From Hyaloraphidium curvatum SAG 235-1 (taxonomy: Eukaryota > Fungi > Monoblepharomycota): a stretch of DNA of 64,000 bases. Below, in pieces: positions 31,647 through 43,632 of the stretch; the first letter of the stretch is position 1, and each line of letters begins with the position of its first letter. Both the position numbers and the translations under genes were made by a program. The notes below the pieces were generated by a model. That model was given only the letters and a program-made list of their open reading frames with translations, was not told where the DNA came from and searched no databases. The stretch is from assembly GCA_025558095.1 (NCBI GenBank), contig JAIVFI010000005.1, positions 1-64,000 of the forward strand. Reading direction: 5' to 3'.

Positions 31647-33358
31647 ATGGAGGACGCCGGGGAGCCGCTAGCGGCGGCAACGCCCTGTGAAGGACCGGAC
31701 TTCTCTGCTGCGGCGTGGTTGGCGCTTTTTCCGGCGGCTCCTCCGCGGCCGGGACCGTTCGCGGATGAGGCCGCAGAGTTCTCGGACCGGGCCGCCGAGG
31801 CGCGTCGAGCAGACCCGCTGACTTCTGAAATGGTGCTCCGGGAGGCGTATTACTCGATGCCGTTCTACTACCTCATGTTCGCCTACTTCCGGGTGAACCT
31901 GTACCTCGTTTTCGCTGGCCTCTTCAAGACAACCGTGACCCTCTTCGACGCCGGGGCCAACCTGATCTACACCGTCTGCGCCATGGTGCTCGCCGGCCTG
32001 GCCGCCTCCTTCAACGACGGCCGCTTCGGGCGGCAGCAGCTCTCCGCGGGCCTTGTCGCCGTGTTCCTGGGGACCTTCGTCGACGCGTTCATGCTTCAGG
32101 CTGTGCACGAGTTCCTGGACCGGCGCGAGCGGAAGAAGCGGAGGTTCTCACCAGATGAGCCGCCTTTCGCGGGGGTCGTGAGGTGGATCCAGCTGGTCCG
32201 GCACGAGTCGGAGAGGCGGGATGACGACCGGCTCAACGGAGGACTCGAGCACGACGAATCTGGCAAGCGCGACGAGTCCGGAACGAGCAATCCGGTCCCG
32301 TGGACCCTTCTGGAGCACGATCCCAACGACGAGTACTGCCCTTGCCCTGCGGACAGCTGCGCCGGGGGCATTCCCGACACCGTGGCGTGGTGCGCCGCGC
32401 TGGACGCGCTGACAAACGTGGTTCTCGTGGGCGCGATCCAGGTGCTGCTCAACTGGACCGCTTTCTTCACCTTTGGCGCGTCGCTTTGGTCGACTTGGTG
32501 GGGATGCCTCCTCGGAGCCATCACCAGTGAGTCTCGGCATGTCGGTCTCACGCACTCCGTGCTCACCTCTCCTTCAGTCATCGCAGGTCTGGGCTTTGCC
32601 GGCCAGGGTGTCTGGCGAATCGGCCTCGTCGGCATCATCCCCTACTCGGACCTCGAACTCCGCCTGCAGACCCGCGCCGTCACGCTTGCCCTGGGTTCCG
32701 TCGTCTCGCGCTACCGTTCCGCGCTGCGCGACAGGGCGGCTCCGCCCCCGCCGAAAGGGGCCGAGCTGTACGTGACGCTTCACGGGCAGCTTGCGGCCAA
32801 GTGGGCGCGGAGGATCGGAGGGGACCAGGACCTGCTTGGAAGGCTGTTCCTCGTCTTTGGCGTCGTCGTGAACCTCGTCATCCCCGTCATCACCATTGTG
32901 GGTGGCCAGTCCCCTGCTGGCCGAATTGAACTGACGCTGATCTCACTCTCCATCAGAGCACGGGCTCGTGTGTGCTGGCCTGGCAGCTCCTTTTTGTCTT
33001 TTTCTTCCTCTTGTGGTACACAATCGAGACCATCAACCTCGCCGCGCGCAACGCCCAGCTCGTGCACGTCTCGGAGCTGTATGCCGAAGCCCGCACCGAG
33101 CTGCGTTCCATGTCGCTCGCCGCCTCCGCCGACCCCGCGCTCGGCAACCTCACCACGCAGTTGAGGGCGCACGACGCGGAGCTGGCGGCGTTCGAGGAGG
33201 TCGAGCGGCACAGGGCGCGGATGCTGGGGTTCCCGATTTCCTACGGCGTCGTGAGGACGGTCGTGATAACTGCCTTCACCCTCGCGGTCGGGCTTTTCAG
33301 CGTGCTGAGGGGCGTGGGGGTGTTTGTGATGGTCGAGACGTTCTGCCCACTGCAGTAG
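31647..33358 (+). CDS. Gustatory-receptor-like/DUF3537-like multi-TM protein, paralog 3 (multi-exon)
   Basis: Motifs DFSAAAWLA, HDPNDEYCPCPADSCAG, ARMLGFPISYGVVRTVVITAFTLAVGLFSVLRG. Confidence 0.75.
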
Positions 33359-33409
33359 GAGGCCCTCTTCCCCTCTCTCTCTCTTTTTCGGCAAATACAT
33401 GTATCGATA

Positions 33410-35068
33410 TCACAAGCTTTGGTACCATGCGCTCCCCCTCACAAGCCTCAGATCACCCCTCTCCGCATTGGCAGACGCCAGCATCCGCCTGACCACCTCC
33501 TTATCCACCGCCGCGGCATCTAGCCGCTCCGCGACCCCGGCCGGCCACGTTCCCTTCTCCGCCCAGAGCTTCCATGCCCGCTCGCTGGACGTCGCCGAGG
33601 CCCAGGGGTGCGGCAGGCCGATGAGGATCAGGAGGAGGATGCCGAGGGAGAAGACGTCGGTCGCAACGGGGTCGTGCTCCTCGTCTGCGACGGGCCGGGG
33701 CGCCGGTCAGCAGGACGATCTGGGACCATGGGACTGTGCGGAGACCCACCAAGGAACAGCTCCGGCGCCATGCATGGGTTCGTCCCCACCCTGCCTCTGC
33801 AGGTCGCGACGCGCACGTCGGCGTTGGCTGGCCTCCAGGGCGGACACGCGTCGCACTCGGCCGCGGCGTGGCCAGGGTGACCCCGGCCGGAGCACCCGGC
33901 CGTGCCAAAGTCGATCACCTTGACGCGGCCCTCGTGGAGGACGAAGTTGTGTGGCTTGATGTCGCGGTGTGCAAAGCCCATCTCGTGCTGCAAACCACGG
34001 GGCGTCAGATACGAGAGGCCACCTGAGCCTGCCGTCAACCCACCATGTGCGCGATTCCCTCAACGGCCTCCTTCCACATCCGCAGCCTCTGCCTGAGGCA
34101 CTTTTCCCCGTCCCTGGCCAGCCAGTCGTGCGCGATTCCCTCAACGGCCTCCTTCCACATCCGCAGCCTCTGCCTGAGGCACTTTTCCCCGTCCCTGGCC
34201 AGCCAGTCGTGAAGGTTCCCCCCCGCCGCCAGATCCATGATGATCAGGTACCGCCCGCAGCGGTCGTCCAGTATCATCTCGTGGGAAGCGATCACGTTGG
34301 GGTGGCGAAGGGAGGAGGCGCAGAGCCATTCGCGGCGGCACCGCATGGAGTAGGCTGCGAAGCTGGGATGATGGTTGCTGGATCGTGAACAGGGTTAGCT
34401 TCGGCGCAATTGGAAGGACAGGTGCGCTGCCCACGGATGACGGCTGATCAGCTTCGCCGCGAGCAGCTTGGTCGGGTCTACGTCTGGGAGACAGTGGGTC
34501 GGCAGGAGACGGACGGCGAAGAGACGTCCCTGAGTGAAGTGCGGGTGAGCATCCCGACGTTGCGACATTCAATCCCCTTTCCGCTTACCTGAGCTCCCTT
34601 TTTCTGCACCTTGCCGCCGCAGGCGAGGTCGTACAGCTTCGCAAACACCCGGTCCGGGTCTACGGTAACCGCGCCTGCCGGATCCATCGTGGCCGAGGAT
34701 CCAATTCTGCGCTTGCCGGGGGCTTCGGGGGCGGCAGGAAAGTACGTAGAGCTCGGAGGCGGCTCCGAGGCCGAAGGAACCTCTGCGTCCCCCCTTTCCG
34801 CCGCCGGAGTCGAGGACTGGGCGCGGGGCCCAAAGTAGTCCTTCGTCGCCCCCGGCGAGTCGGCCCGCGGGGAGCCGAGCGCAGTCGGCGTAGGCACATA
34901 GCCTTCCGCGGGAGTGCCGCCCGGAGTGCGGCGGTCGCCGGGGCTCGGAGTTCCGTCCTGCCGGAGCGACGGGCGGCGGAAGGCGAGCGACCAGCCGGAG
35001 GGGAGCTTGAACGACGGACGGCGGCGGCCGGCGTCGCCAGTCTGCGGAGTAGACTCCATGACGGTCAT
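33410..35068 (-). CDS. Ser/Thr protein kinase, multi-exon
   Basis: Motifs LRHPNVI, MDLAAGGNL, HRDIKPHN, VIDFG, MAPE, DVFSLG. Confidence 0.8.
34047..34211. repeat. Perfect 81-bp tandem duplication inside the kinase (27 aa, in frame)
   Basis: HDWLARDGEKCLRQRLRMWKEAVEGIA occurs twice. Confidence 0.95.
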
Positions 35069-36025
35069 GATGGTGCCGCACGGGGTCGGAGAATGGCCGC
35101 AGGTTTGAAAGTGCGTCCCAGGGGTCACGGTCCCTTCGATCGTGCGTCCTGGCCCAGGCTTCAGGCGCCACGTCCCCTTCCACGACTATTGTTGGGCACT
35201 CTCGGCGAGACAAACTCCAGCAATTTCCCGTATCAACTTCGAGGTGTCCAACACATGAAGTCCCGAGAGTTTGGTAGCTGGGCAAGCACGCTACGGGATT
35301 CAGGAAGCACCTCAGGTTGGCCACGGCGGGACTGGCGGCGGCCGCTCGCCGCACCCCGCCGCACCCCAAACGGGGACCGCAATGAACCTAAAGGGAGTAA
35401 GGCATTAAATGGATGGAGCTACGTTATGCTCTAGGAAGGCCATCTGGCAACGCAACGGTCTAACGGAGCAGCGAAGACGATCCGGTTGTCCGCTACTCTG
35501 TGCGGCAAACCTGTGAGAGGCGCTGCTAGGCGGTGGATTGCGAGATTGCACCGCACTACATGTTTGAGGATGGCGGATCCCGGCGCAGGGCGAATCGCTG
35601 GTCCGAAGTGCCAACGCCGAGAGCATCTTGCCGACGTCCCATCCAGGCGGGGGGGGCAAGCATCAGAAGGCGGTGCCAGGCGGTGGACTGCGGCATCTCA
35701 CGACATTGCATGTGAGACGAAGAGAGCTACTAAACGGCGGTGCGGCGCGGATTGGAAGTTCCACCACCAATGGCGACCTCGATGACGTCCGAGGCGGGCC
35801 GGTATTTCCATCCCATCGGGCGGTGCCAGGAGGCGATTCACAGACCACGCAATTCTAAAGAATGCTCGGGAACTGACCGGGATGTGCCTGTCTGAAGCCA
35901 CGGGTGTGCATTCTTCGCCACAGCGCCAATCGGCTAAACCTCCTGATCTGATCCGCCGATCCCCGCTTTTCCAAACCACCTTCTCGCCGCCGCCTCCGTT
36001 CCCTCCGCGACCCGCGCCCTGCACT

Positions 36026-37318
36026 ATGCCGTTCACCGTCTCCGCGTGGGCCGCGCCCGCAGCCTCGGCGCCGCTCGCCGCGACCACCATCGAGCGTCGC
36101 GACCCGCGGCCGACCGACATCGTTATCGACATCCTCTTCGCGGGCATCTGCCACTCGGATATCCACCAAGTGGGCGAAAAATGGACGCCGTTTCGGCACC
36201 GCTGACCAGATGCTGTGCTCAGGTCCGCGACGAATGGGGCGGGTCCAAGTTCCCGATGGTCGGTTGGCGCACTCTTCCCCGGTGCCCTTTCTAACGCGCC
36301 CGAACAGGTCCCCGGGCATGAGATCGTCGGGCGCGTTGTCCGCGTTGGTTCCGAGGTCAAAAAGTTCAAGGCGGGGGACCTCGCCGGGATCGGCTGCCTG
36401 GTCGATTCGTGCCGGTCGTGCTCGCAGTGCAAGGGAGGCGACGAGCAGTTCGTGGGTTCTCGCTCTGGCCGACTCGAGTCGAGAACATCTTCTCACTGTT
36501 TTCATCCTGTCTCGCAGTGCGAGAAGGGCTCGGCCGGGACCTACAACTCGTTCGAAATGGACAAGAAGACGCCCACCGTGAGCACGTCTGCCCACGCCCG
36601 ACAAACGCACCCGCTGATCTGTTCCCATCTCCCCACATAGTACGGCGGCTACTCGACGCAGATCACCTGCGACGAGGCCTTCTGCCTCCGCGTCCCCGAG
36701 AACCTGGACCTCGCCGGCGCTGCCCCCCTCCTGTGCGCCGGGATCACGACCTACTCGCCTCTGAGGCAGTGGAACTGCAAGGCCGGCGACAAGGTCGGCG
36801 TGGTCGGCCTCGGTGGGCTGGGCCACATGGCCGTCAAGATCGCGGCAGCCATGGGCGCCGAGGTCACCATGTTCTCCACGACGCGCGCCAAGCAGGCCGA
36901 CGCGGAGCGCCTGGGGGCCAAGAGCTTCGTGGCGACCACCGAGAAGGGCGCCATGGACGGGCTGAAGGGCAAGTTCGACCTGATCATCGACACGGTGTCG
37001 GCCGAGCACGACTACGGGGCGTATCTCGCGCTGCTAAAGCCCAAGGGCACCATGATCCTCGTCGGGGCGCCACCCACCGCGGTGCCATTCCACGCCTTCA
37101 CGCTGATCCCGGGGAACCGCCGCCTGGTGGGCAGCATGATCGGGGGGCTCGCCGAGACGCAGGAGATGCTCGACTTTTGCGGCAAGCACGGCATCGTGTC
37201 GGACGTGGAGGTGATCCCGATCGAGAAGGTCAACGAGGCCTACGACCGCGTCGTCAAGAGCGACGTCCGGTACCGCTTCGTCATCGACATCTCGACCCTC
37301 AAGAAGGAGGAGGATTAG
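36026..37318 (+). CDS. NADP-dependent Zn alcohol dehydrogenase (cinnamyl-ADH/YahK-like), multi-exon
   Basis: Motifs [52 protein letters not shown]. Confidence 0.93.
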
Positions 37319-37429
37319 ATGGGTTGGGAAGGAGGCATAGACCAAGACTAGATCTTCTACGACAGGTTGCAACATAGAGCCCCATTGTGCAAAGAACAGC
37401 CTTCACAAAGAACAGCCTTCACAAGACTT

Positions 37430-38954
37430 TCACGGGCATTGATCCCTGGAGTGCCCCTTCAGGCGGCACCGACCGCACGCAGCCATCTCCTCGACCACCA
37501 CGCCGCGTCCTTCGCGCTCCAGTTCCTCGAGTTCGTCGAGGACCTGAAGACGATGGTCGGGCTCGCTCTGGTAGTGCCGCCACAAGCTCTTGAGCCGGGA
37601 GAAGGACATGTAAACGCGGTAAAGCCGGATCTCAACTAGGCCCTTGTTCTCGCCGCGGCTGGGCTCGACAATGAGCACGACGCGGAGGTGCTGGTCGAGG
37701 CCGACGACGTTCTGCGGCGGTGACATCCCAGTCAGGGCGCTTCGACGCAATGGCAGGCCCGCTCTCTCCCCACGGTGATGACTTGGTGCCTTGGGTTCCC
37801 TTTGCTGTCCCAGAGCAGCTTGCGCGGGAGCTCGAAGGTGGCCTTTGCGTCTGGACCCACGCGCATCGTCCGCCACGCTTCCTCGTAGGCAATGTCGAGG
37901 TTCAGCATCAGAGCCAGACGGATGCCGCCCTGCTTCAACGCCGCGGGACGGATGGCCACGCCCGGAAGGCTCTGGTAGAAAGACGGCCAGTCGTGATCCG
38001 AATTGAATTCGTCCGCGTCGTCGGAAGCCCCATCATCAGACCGAAAGGCATTGGGCAAGTCCGTTTCCGGATATCCCGCCAACTCGTACTCGTCCAACAG
38101 AGGGCCGTCGAAGGTCACGGCTGATCGACCATCGGACCTGCCGTCCTTGTCGAAGCGGTCCCTCGCCAATTCGCTCGAAGAAACAGAACTGGGTGTCGTC
38201 CAGCACGCGGGCCTCGTGGCTCGAGACGGTCTTGCCGTGGCGATCTCTGTGCAGCCACAGGTCAGCGTGACTGAGCTGCAGTTCCAAGGCGGAACGCAAA
38301 CATCCAGGGCAGATCGAGGACGAGAGATGCCGCCACTTCCAATCTGTTGTCGTCGAAATCTGCCACGAAATCCTCACGCCTTGCCTCGGCAATGCCGCGG
38401 ACCTGCTTCCCGAGTGCCGCCCATGCCCGGGAGCACGTGCTGGCAAGGCGGGCTAGCGATGTGTCGTCCAGGCGTTTTGAAAAGAGCAGGAGCAGCTCCA
38501 CCGGCAGCCCGGTGAGCGTGTTCCCCGGCCGCTCATGCACAATCGGGCACTTGTCGCCGTTGACGCACGATCCCCTGGCAAAGAACTTGCAGACCGGCGG
38601 CCCGTCCTTATACTGGCTTCGCGCAGGCCCCTGAACAGCGCCTCCGCGGGCGGAAGCGCTCGGTTTCGAGTGTCCGACCGCCCGCTCGACCGCTGAGGTG
38701 GCCCCGGCACGAGCCGTCGCCCGCTCCGGACCCCCGGCGGGGACCTCCGTCTTGGCGTGGTCGAAGCGGCATTGGTCTCCGAACTTGCAGCGGCCCTCGG
38801 CAAAGAACCTGCACGGCGGTTTGGCGGCCCGCCGGGGGTCACTCGGAGCAGAGGGCGGAGCGGGCGCGGCGACGTGCGGAAAACGGCACGCGTCGCCGGC
38901 CCGGCAGGTTCCTTGAGGAAAGAAGCGGCACGGCGGGCGCTGCGATGAGGACAT
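37430..38954 (-). CDS. 3x CCCH zinc finger + F-box + C-terminal CCHC knuckle protein, multi-exon
   Basis: Three C-x7-C-x5-C-x3-H fingers; LTGLPVELLLLF...LARLASTCS (F-box); CGRCRLKGHSRDQC. Confidence 0.7.
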
Positions 38955-39464
38955 GATGGGTCGCAGCTTGTCAGGGGGTCAGGAAGCGCGACGCGTTGTT
39001 GTGCGGTTCCAACGGCGATACCAACCCCGAGGCATTCGATGCCCTCGCCTCTTGTGAAACGCGAGCTCGGAGCTGAAGCTATTCCGAGCAATCTATGTCT
39101 TCAAATTCCCGGGCGGATTCGTCATGAGAGTTCAGATTATTCGAAGTTGCGCAGGACTCGCGGGGCACGACTCGATTGTCTCGTTGATTCGTTCCGGTGC
39201 CACTGCGGGGCAGATGATCAGGAACCTCTAGCTTCAGGGAACCACACTAAGCAGAACTCTCCAGAGGCCGGAGAAGCTTGCCGGGCTGGGACCTCGATCC
39301 GCAAGGGGCGAAAAGCACGTGCAAATCGATGAACTCCGCCGACGCTCCTTCCTGCCCACCCAAACAACGAACAACTAGACGCCGAAATGCCCGGCGCCGA
39401 CCCCGATCCCGCGTTCCGCCTCCGCCGCGCCAGCTCCGTCCGCCCGCCCATCCGCCCGCCCGGC

Positions 39465-40908
39465 ATGCTCGCGCTGCTCCCGCTCTCCGCGGCCGCGCTG
39501 ATTCCCGACCGGTTCGCGCCCGCCGTCTCGAAGGTGCTGGGCTACGTGGTGCCCGCGGCGGACCGGGTGGCGCACGCGCTGGCGCACGAGGTGCTTCCCG
39601 ATTTCGCGGGGGAGGAGACCGAGAGGGTGCCGCACGAGAGGGGCGAGGACGGACAGGAGTGGCCGACCGACCCGAGGGAGGTGCGGCCCCCGAGGGTCCC
39701 CTTGCCCGAATCCCCGGAGAAAGAGACGATGTTTGGGATGCCGGAGCCGTCGAGGCGCGTGGTGGAGCTCCCCATGGAGCGGGGGACGGTCGACGCCGAC
39801 ATGCTGGTCTGGGAAGGCCGCCCCGACAGGGGGCCGGTCACCGACGTCCTTATCATGATCTCCGGCAGTGGGTTACTCGCCTTCGGTTGCCCTTCCGGAA
39901 CTTGCTGACCGCGTTCTTTGCCCAGACCCCGGGATCCCCGACTTCTACACGCCCTTCCTCACGCACCTCCACAAGCTCCTGCACAAGCGGCCCGCCATCC
40001 TCTCCGTGGGCCACATCGGCCACACCACCGTGCTCCCCGCCCCCTCGCGCTCGGTGTTCTCGGGCTCGCTGGAGGAGCAGACGGCCGCCAAGGTTGCCCT
40101 GGTCAGGCTCGCGCTGGCGTGGTTCCCGGCCGCGAGGGTGTTCCTGGCGGGGCACTCGATCGGCGCGTGGATGGCGACGAAGGTAGTGACGGAGCTCGAG
40201 GCGGAGAAGAGGATCGCGGGGTGCTACCTGCTGTTCCCGACCCTGGAGGAGATCGCCGCGACGCCCAACGGCGTCATGTTGGCTGTGAGCCTGGCCGGCG
40301 CTGCTCCATCTTCTTGTCACTCACTCACGCTTGCGTCGCAGCCCGCTCTCCGGCTCCCATACCGCCACCTCCTCTCCCTCCTCGTCTCGGGCGTTCGCCT
40401 GGCGCTCCCCCAGCCGCACCTAACCTCCCTCGTCGCCCACGTCTCCTCCCAGGCCCGCGACACGGCCTCCCTCGTCGCCTCGCACCTGCTCACCTACTCC
40501 ACCTCCCTCGCCGCGCTCCGCCTCGCGGACGACGAGATGCGGCTGGTCCGCGACCTCGACTCGTCCTTCCTCTTCCGCAACGCCTCGCAGATCCGCGGGC
40601 TGTACTCCTCCCGGGACTTCTGGTGCCCCGTGTCGCACCTCCGCCGGGCGCGGGCGGCGATGCCCGAGGAACACCGCGGCCGCTTGGAGGCCGACGAGTG
40701 GCAGGTGCCGCACGCGTTCGTGCTCGAGGAGGGGGACGCGGAGTGGGTCGCGGGGTGCGTGGCGAGGTGGATGGCGGCGGATGGGGCCGAGGTTGGGGCA
40801 AGGAAGGAGAAAGAGGCGGTGGAGGAGGTGAAGGTCGTGGAGGCGGTGCAGGGAGACAAGGATGCGTGGGGATGGGACAGCTCGTTCGTGGGGTACACCA
40901 CGGCATAG
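39465..40908 (+). CDS. Lipid-droplet-associated hydrolase (LDAH/DUF2305-like alpha/beta hydrolase)
   Basis: Motifs PGIPDFY..FL, GHSIGAW, LLFPTLEEIAATPNG, DFWCP, PHAF. Confidence 0.8.
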
Positions 40909-41064
40909 GCAGTTGCTACGGGTGCGCCATACTGCTCCTGGGTTCCAGATGAACTACTGTTCCGCAAACTCTGTTTGATCGAGAAGACTGTTCCGCGAAT
41001 TCTGCTAGGTCGAGGGCGGTGCGCGTTGAGTCACACCAACCCGACCTGTGCAACCGACCCCACG

Positions 41065-41998
41065 ATGCTCGCATCTCTCGGGCCGCTGCTGGGCAAGGCA
41101 ACCTTAGCCTCGGTTCGCCCTCTTTGGCCTCGCACGGCGTCTGGCGCCGTGTCCGCCGTGCGCGGCGTCTTCCTGCCGGCGGCGTGGTCAAGGCCGCGCC
41201 AACTCAGCTTGCCGCTCGCCTCCGCTCGGGCCAAACCCTCCGGAATCTCCTTCTTCGCGACGGCCGTGAGTCAGAACAAGATCCCCAAGGACGCCGCGGA
41301 CGGGGATGGCAGCGTCTCGAGGGGACGACGCCGCGCGAAGCATCCCCGCGGCTGGAAGCCCAAGCCCCGCCTACCCTGGCCCGGCCGCGCCCGTCCCGCC
41401 CAATGGATCCACGCACCGCGCTTCTGGGTGCCTCCCGGGGACGACAACGCGCCGGGCGAAATCACCTTGTTCTCCGAATGGGTCTACGAGGGGTGCCGGA
41501 CGGCGCACGAGATGGTCAAGGGGACGGAAGCGCAGATCGCCTACCTTAGCCAGAAGCAGGGAGGGATACGTGGTGCACAGGGTGGCCAAGAAGTGGTGCA
41601 CGCTGGTGCCGAGGGACAGGGTGCGGTTCTACGACCAGAAAGGGCTCCATCTCGCCCGCGAACGGAAGCGCTGCAGCCGCAGCGACGAGAACCACGCCAT
41701 CGTCGAGACGTCCGAGGACGACTGGAACGCGCATATTACGGACGAGGAATGGGATGAGATCTACGGCGGGGACATCACGGTCCACGGCGCGTGGCTCCAC
41801 TCGTGCGACGACACCCTGGGTGCCATGATCCGCACCGTGCGCAGCGAGAAGGGCTACCTGGAGGGCCTCATCAGGCGGGGCTTTGAGCTTGAGGAGCCGG
41901 CATTTCCCGATACGTTCCATTTCACGCACAAGGTGCTCAAGGACGGGGCGGCGAAGCAAGAGGATGAGGGTGGGGCAGGAGGTGGAGACGGGACCTAA
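41065..41998 (+). CDS. Hypothetical protein with mitochondrial-presequence-like N-terminus; apparent frameshift near 41550
   Basis: Two overlapping ORFs with coding-like composition; no clear intron reconciles them. Confidence 0.35.
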
Positions 41999-42476
41999 GC
42001 GACGGAAACGTCGTGTTCAGGGACCCGGCGGGGATGGTCTGTGGCTGCCGATCACACGTTGTTGTGCGACGAGCGCGGATCGAGCGGCGGAGGCGGTAAC
42101 CTTTCGGGAACAATCGATCCAAGCTTCCAAATCCGGGAGGTGGGAAAGAGGGGCCGGAAGATGATAGCAATTTCCGCAACCGGCCAGCGCGGTGGATACT
42201 GGTATAGGCGTTCGTTGATGAGAGAAGAAGTAGGCGTGACTCGTTGGCAACGACGAATCTCAGTTTCCTAATCCGAAATCGATGGGAATTCAGGGCTCGA
42301 TGCGCAATCCGGTCGGATTGATGCCGGATCGGCGCGTAGAACGGTGCTGGGCAGTGCAGACTTCGAGGAGCGCTGGCATGACGCCGCCAGCGTTGCAGCC
42401 CCACGTAAACAAACGCGTCATGCTAGCTGCCAAGGCCGTCAGTGGTGCCGCCCGGCCCTCGGCAGCATTACCAAAT

Positions 42477-43571
42477 ATGTTTCTCGCGGATTTGCTCGGC
42501 CCCGCGGCGGCAGCGTCGCTCAGAGCCATGCTGGCCGGACCTGCTCCACGTGGCGCCTTCGCCTCCCGCCGGGCATTCCCGGCTCTGCGGGGGCCTTCGG
42601 ACGCGTTTCCCACACGGAGCTCCCTTAGCAGCCTTAGCAGGACGGCTGCATTGTCCTCTGAGTCAGTGTGCCTTGTTCCGCAGTCGCGGTCGTACCCGAC
42701 GTCGCGGAAGCCCAATGCGGACATGGCGGTGCTGAAGAGCCCCGCCGAGATGGCCGAGTGGGCCCGCAAGCAGCGACAGCGCGGCTTGACGCTCGGTCTC
42801 GTGCCGACGATGGGCGCACTGCACGGCGGCCACCTCGCCCTGTGCCGCGAGGCGCGGCGCCACGCGGACCTCGTCGTCGTCTCCGTGTTCGTCAACCCGC
42901 TGCAGTTCAACTCGGCCGCGGACTTTTCCGCGTACCCGCGGCCGATCGACGACGACGTGGCCATGTGCCGCGCAGAGGGCGTCGACGCCGTGTACGCGCC
43001 CACCGCCGCCGCCATGTACCCCCCCGGCTTCCAGACCCACGTCGAGCCCGGCGCGCTGGCCGCCAAGCTCGAGGGCGAGCACAGGCCGGGGCACTTCAAG
43101 GGCGTCGCGACGGTGGTCACCAAGCTCCTGTGCGCGGTCGGACCCGACGCCGCGGTGTTCGGGGAGAAGGACTTCCAGCAGCTGGCCATCATCAGACGGA
43201 TGGCGCGGGACCTGGACCTCGGGGTGGAGATCGTGGGGATGCCGACGGTGCGGGAGCCGGACGGGCTGGCGATGAGCAGCAGGAACAGGAGGCTGAGCCC
43301 CGAGCAGCGCGCGGCCGCCGTCTGCATCAGCAAGGGGCTGCTGGCGGCCAAGAGTGCGCTCGCGGAGGGCGAGCTGGATGCCAAGAAGCTCGCGGACACC
43401 GTGGCTGCGGTGATCAACGCCGAGCCGCTGGCCAGGCTCGAGTACGTCGAGGTGGTGGACCCGGACTCGCTCGAGCACGTGGACGCCGTCGACACCAAGG
43501 CCTGCGTGCTCGTCGCGGCGTGGTTCGGCGAGGTCCGGCTGATCGACAACATGGTCATCTCGAGGGCGTGA
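42477..43571 (+). CDS. panC: Pantoate-beta-alanine ligase with N-terminal targeting-like extension (core starts at 42723)
   Basis: Motifs VPTMGALHGGH, SVFVNPLQF, RPGHFKGV, FGEKDFQQL, REPDGLAMSSRN, RLIDN. Confidence 0.95.
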   Translation: MFLADLLGPAAAASLRAMLAGPAPRGAFASRRAFPALRGPSDAFPTRSSLSSLSRTAALSSESVCLVPQSRSYPTSRKPNADMAVLKSPAEMAEWARKQRQRGLTLGLVPTMGALHGGHLALCREARRHADLVVVSVFVNPLQFNSAADFSAYPRPIDDDVAMCRAEGVDAVYAPTAAAMYPPGFQTHVEPGALAAKLEGEHRPGHFKGVATVVTKLLCAVGPDAAVFGEKDFQQLAIIRRMARDLDLGVEIVGMPTVREPDGLAMSSRNRRLSPEQRAAAVCISKGLLAAKSALAEGELDAKKLADTVAAVINAEPLARLEYVEVVDPDSLEHVDAVDTKACVLVAAWFGEVRLIDNMVISRA

Positions 43572-43632
43572 CATTCCTGGGCACAGAACCAGCGTTTCCA
43601 TGTGCATTTGGCAGAATCCATCCCCTTCCATC

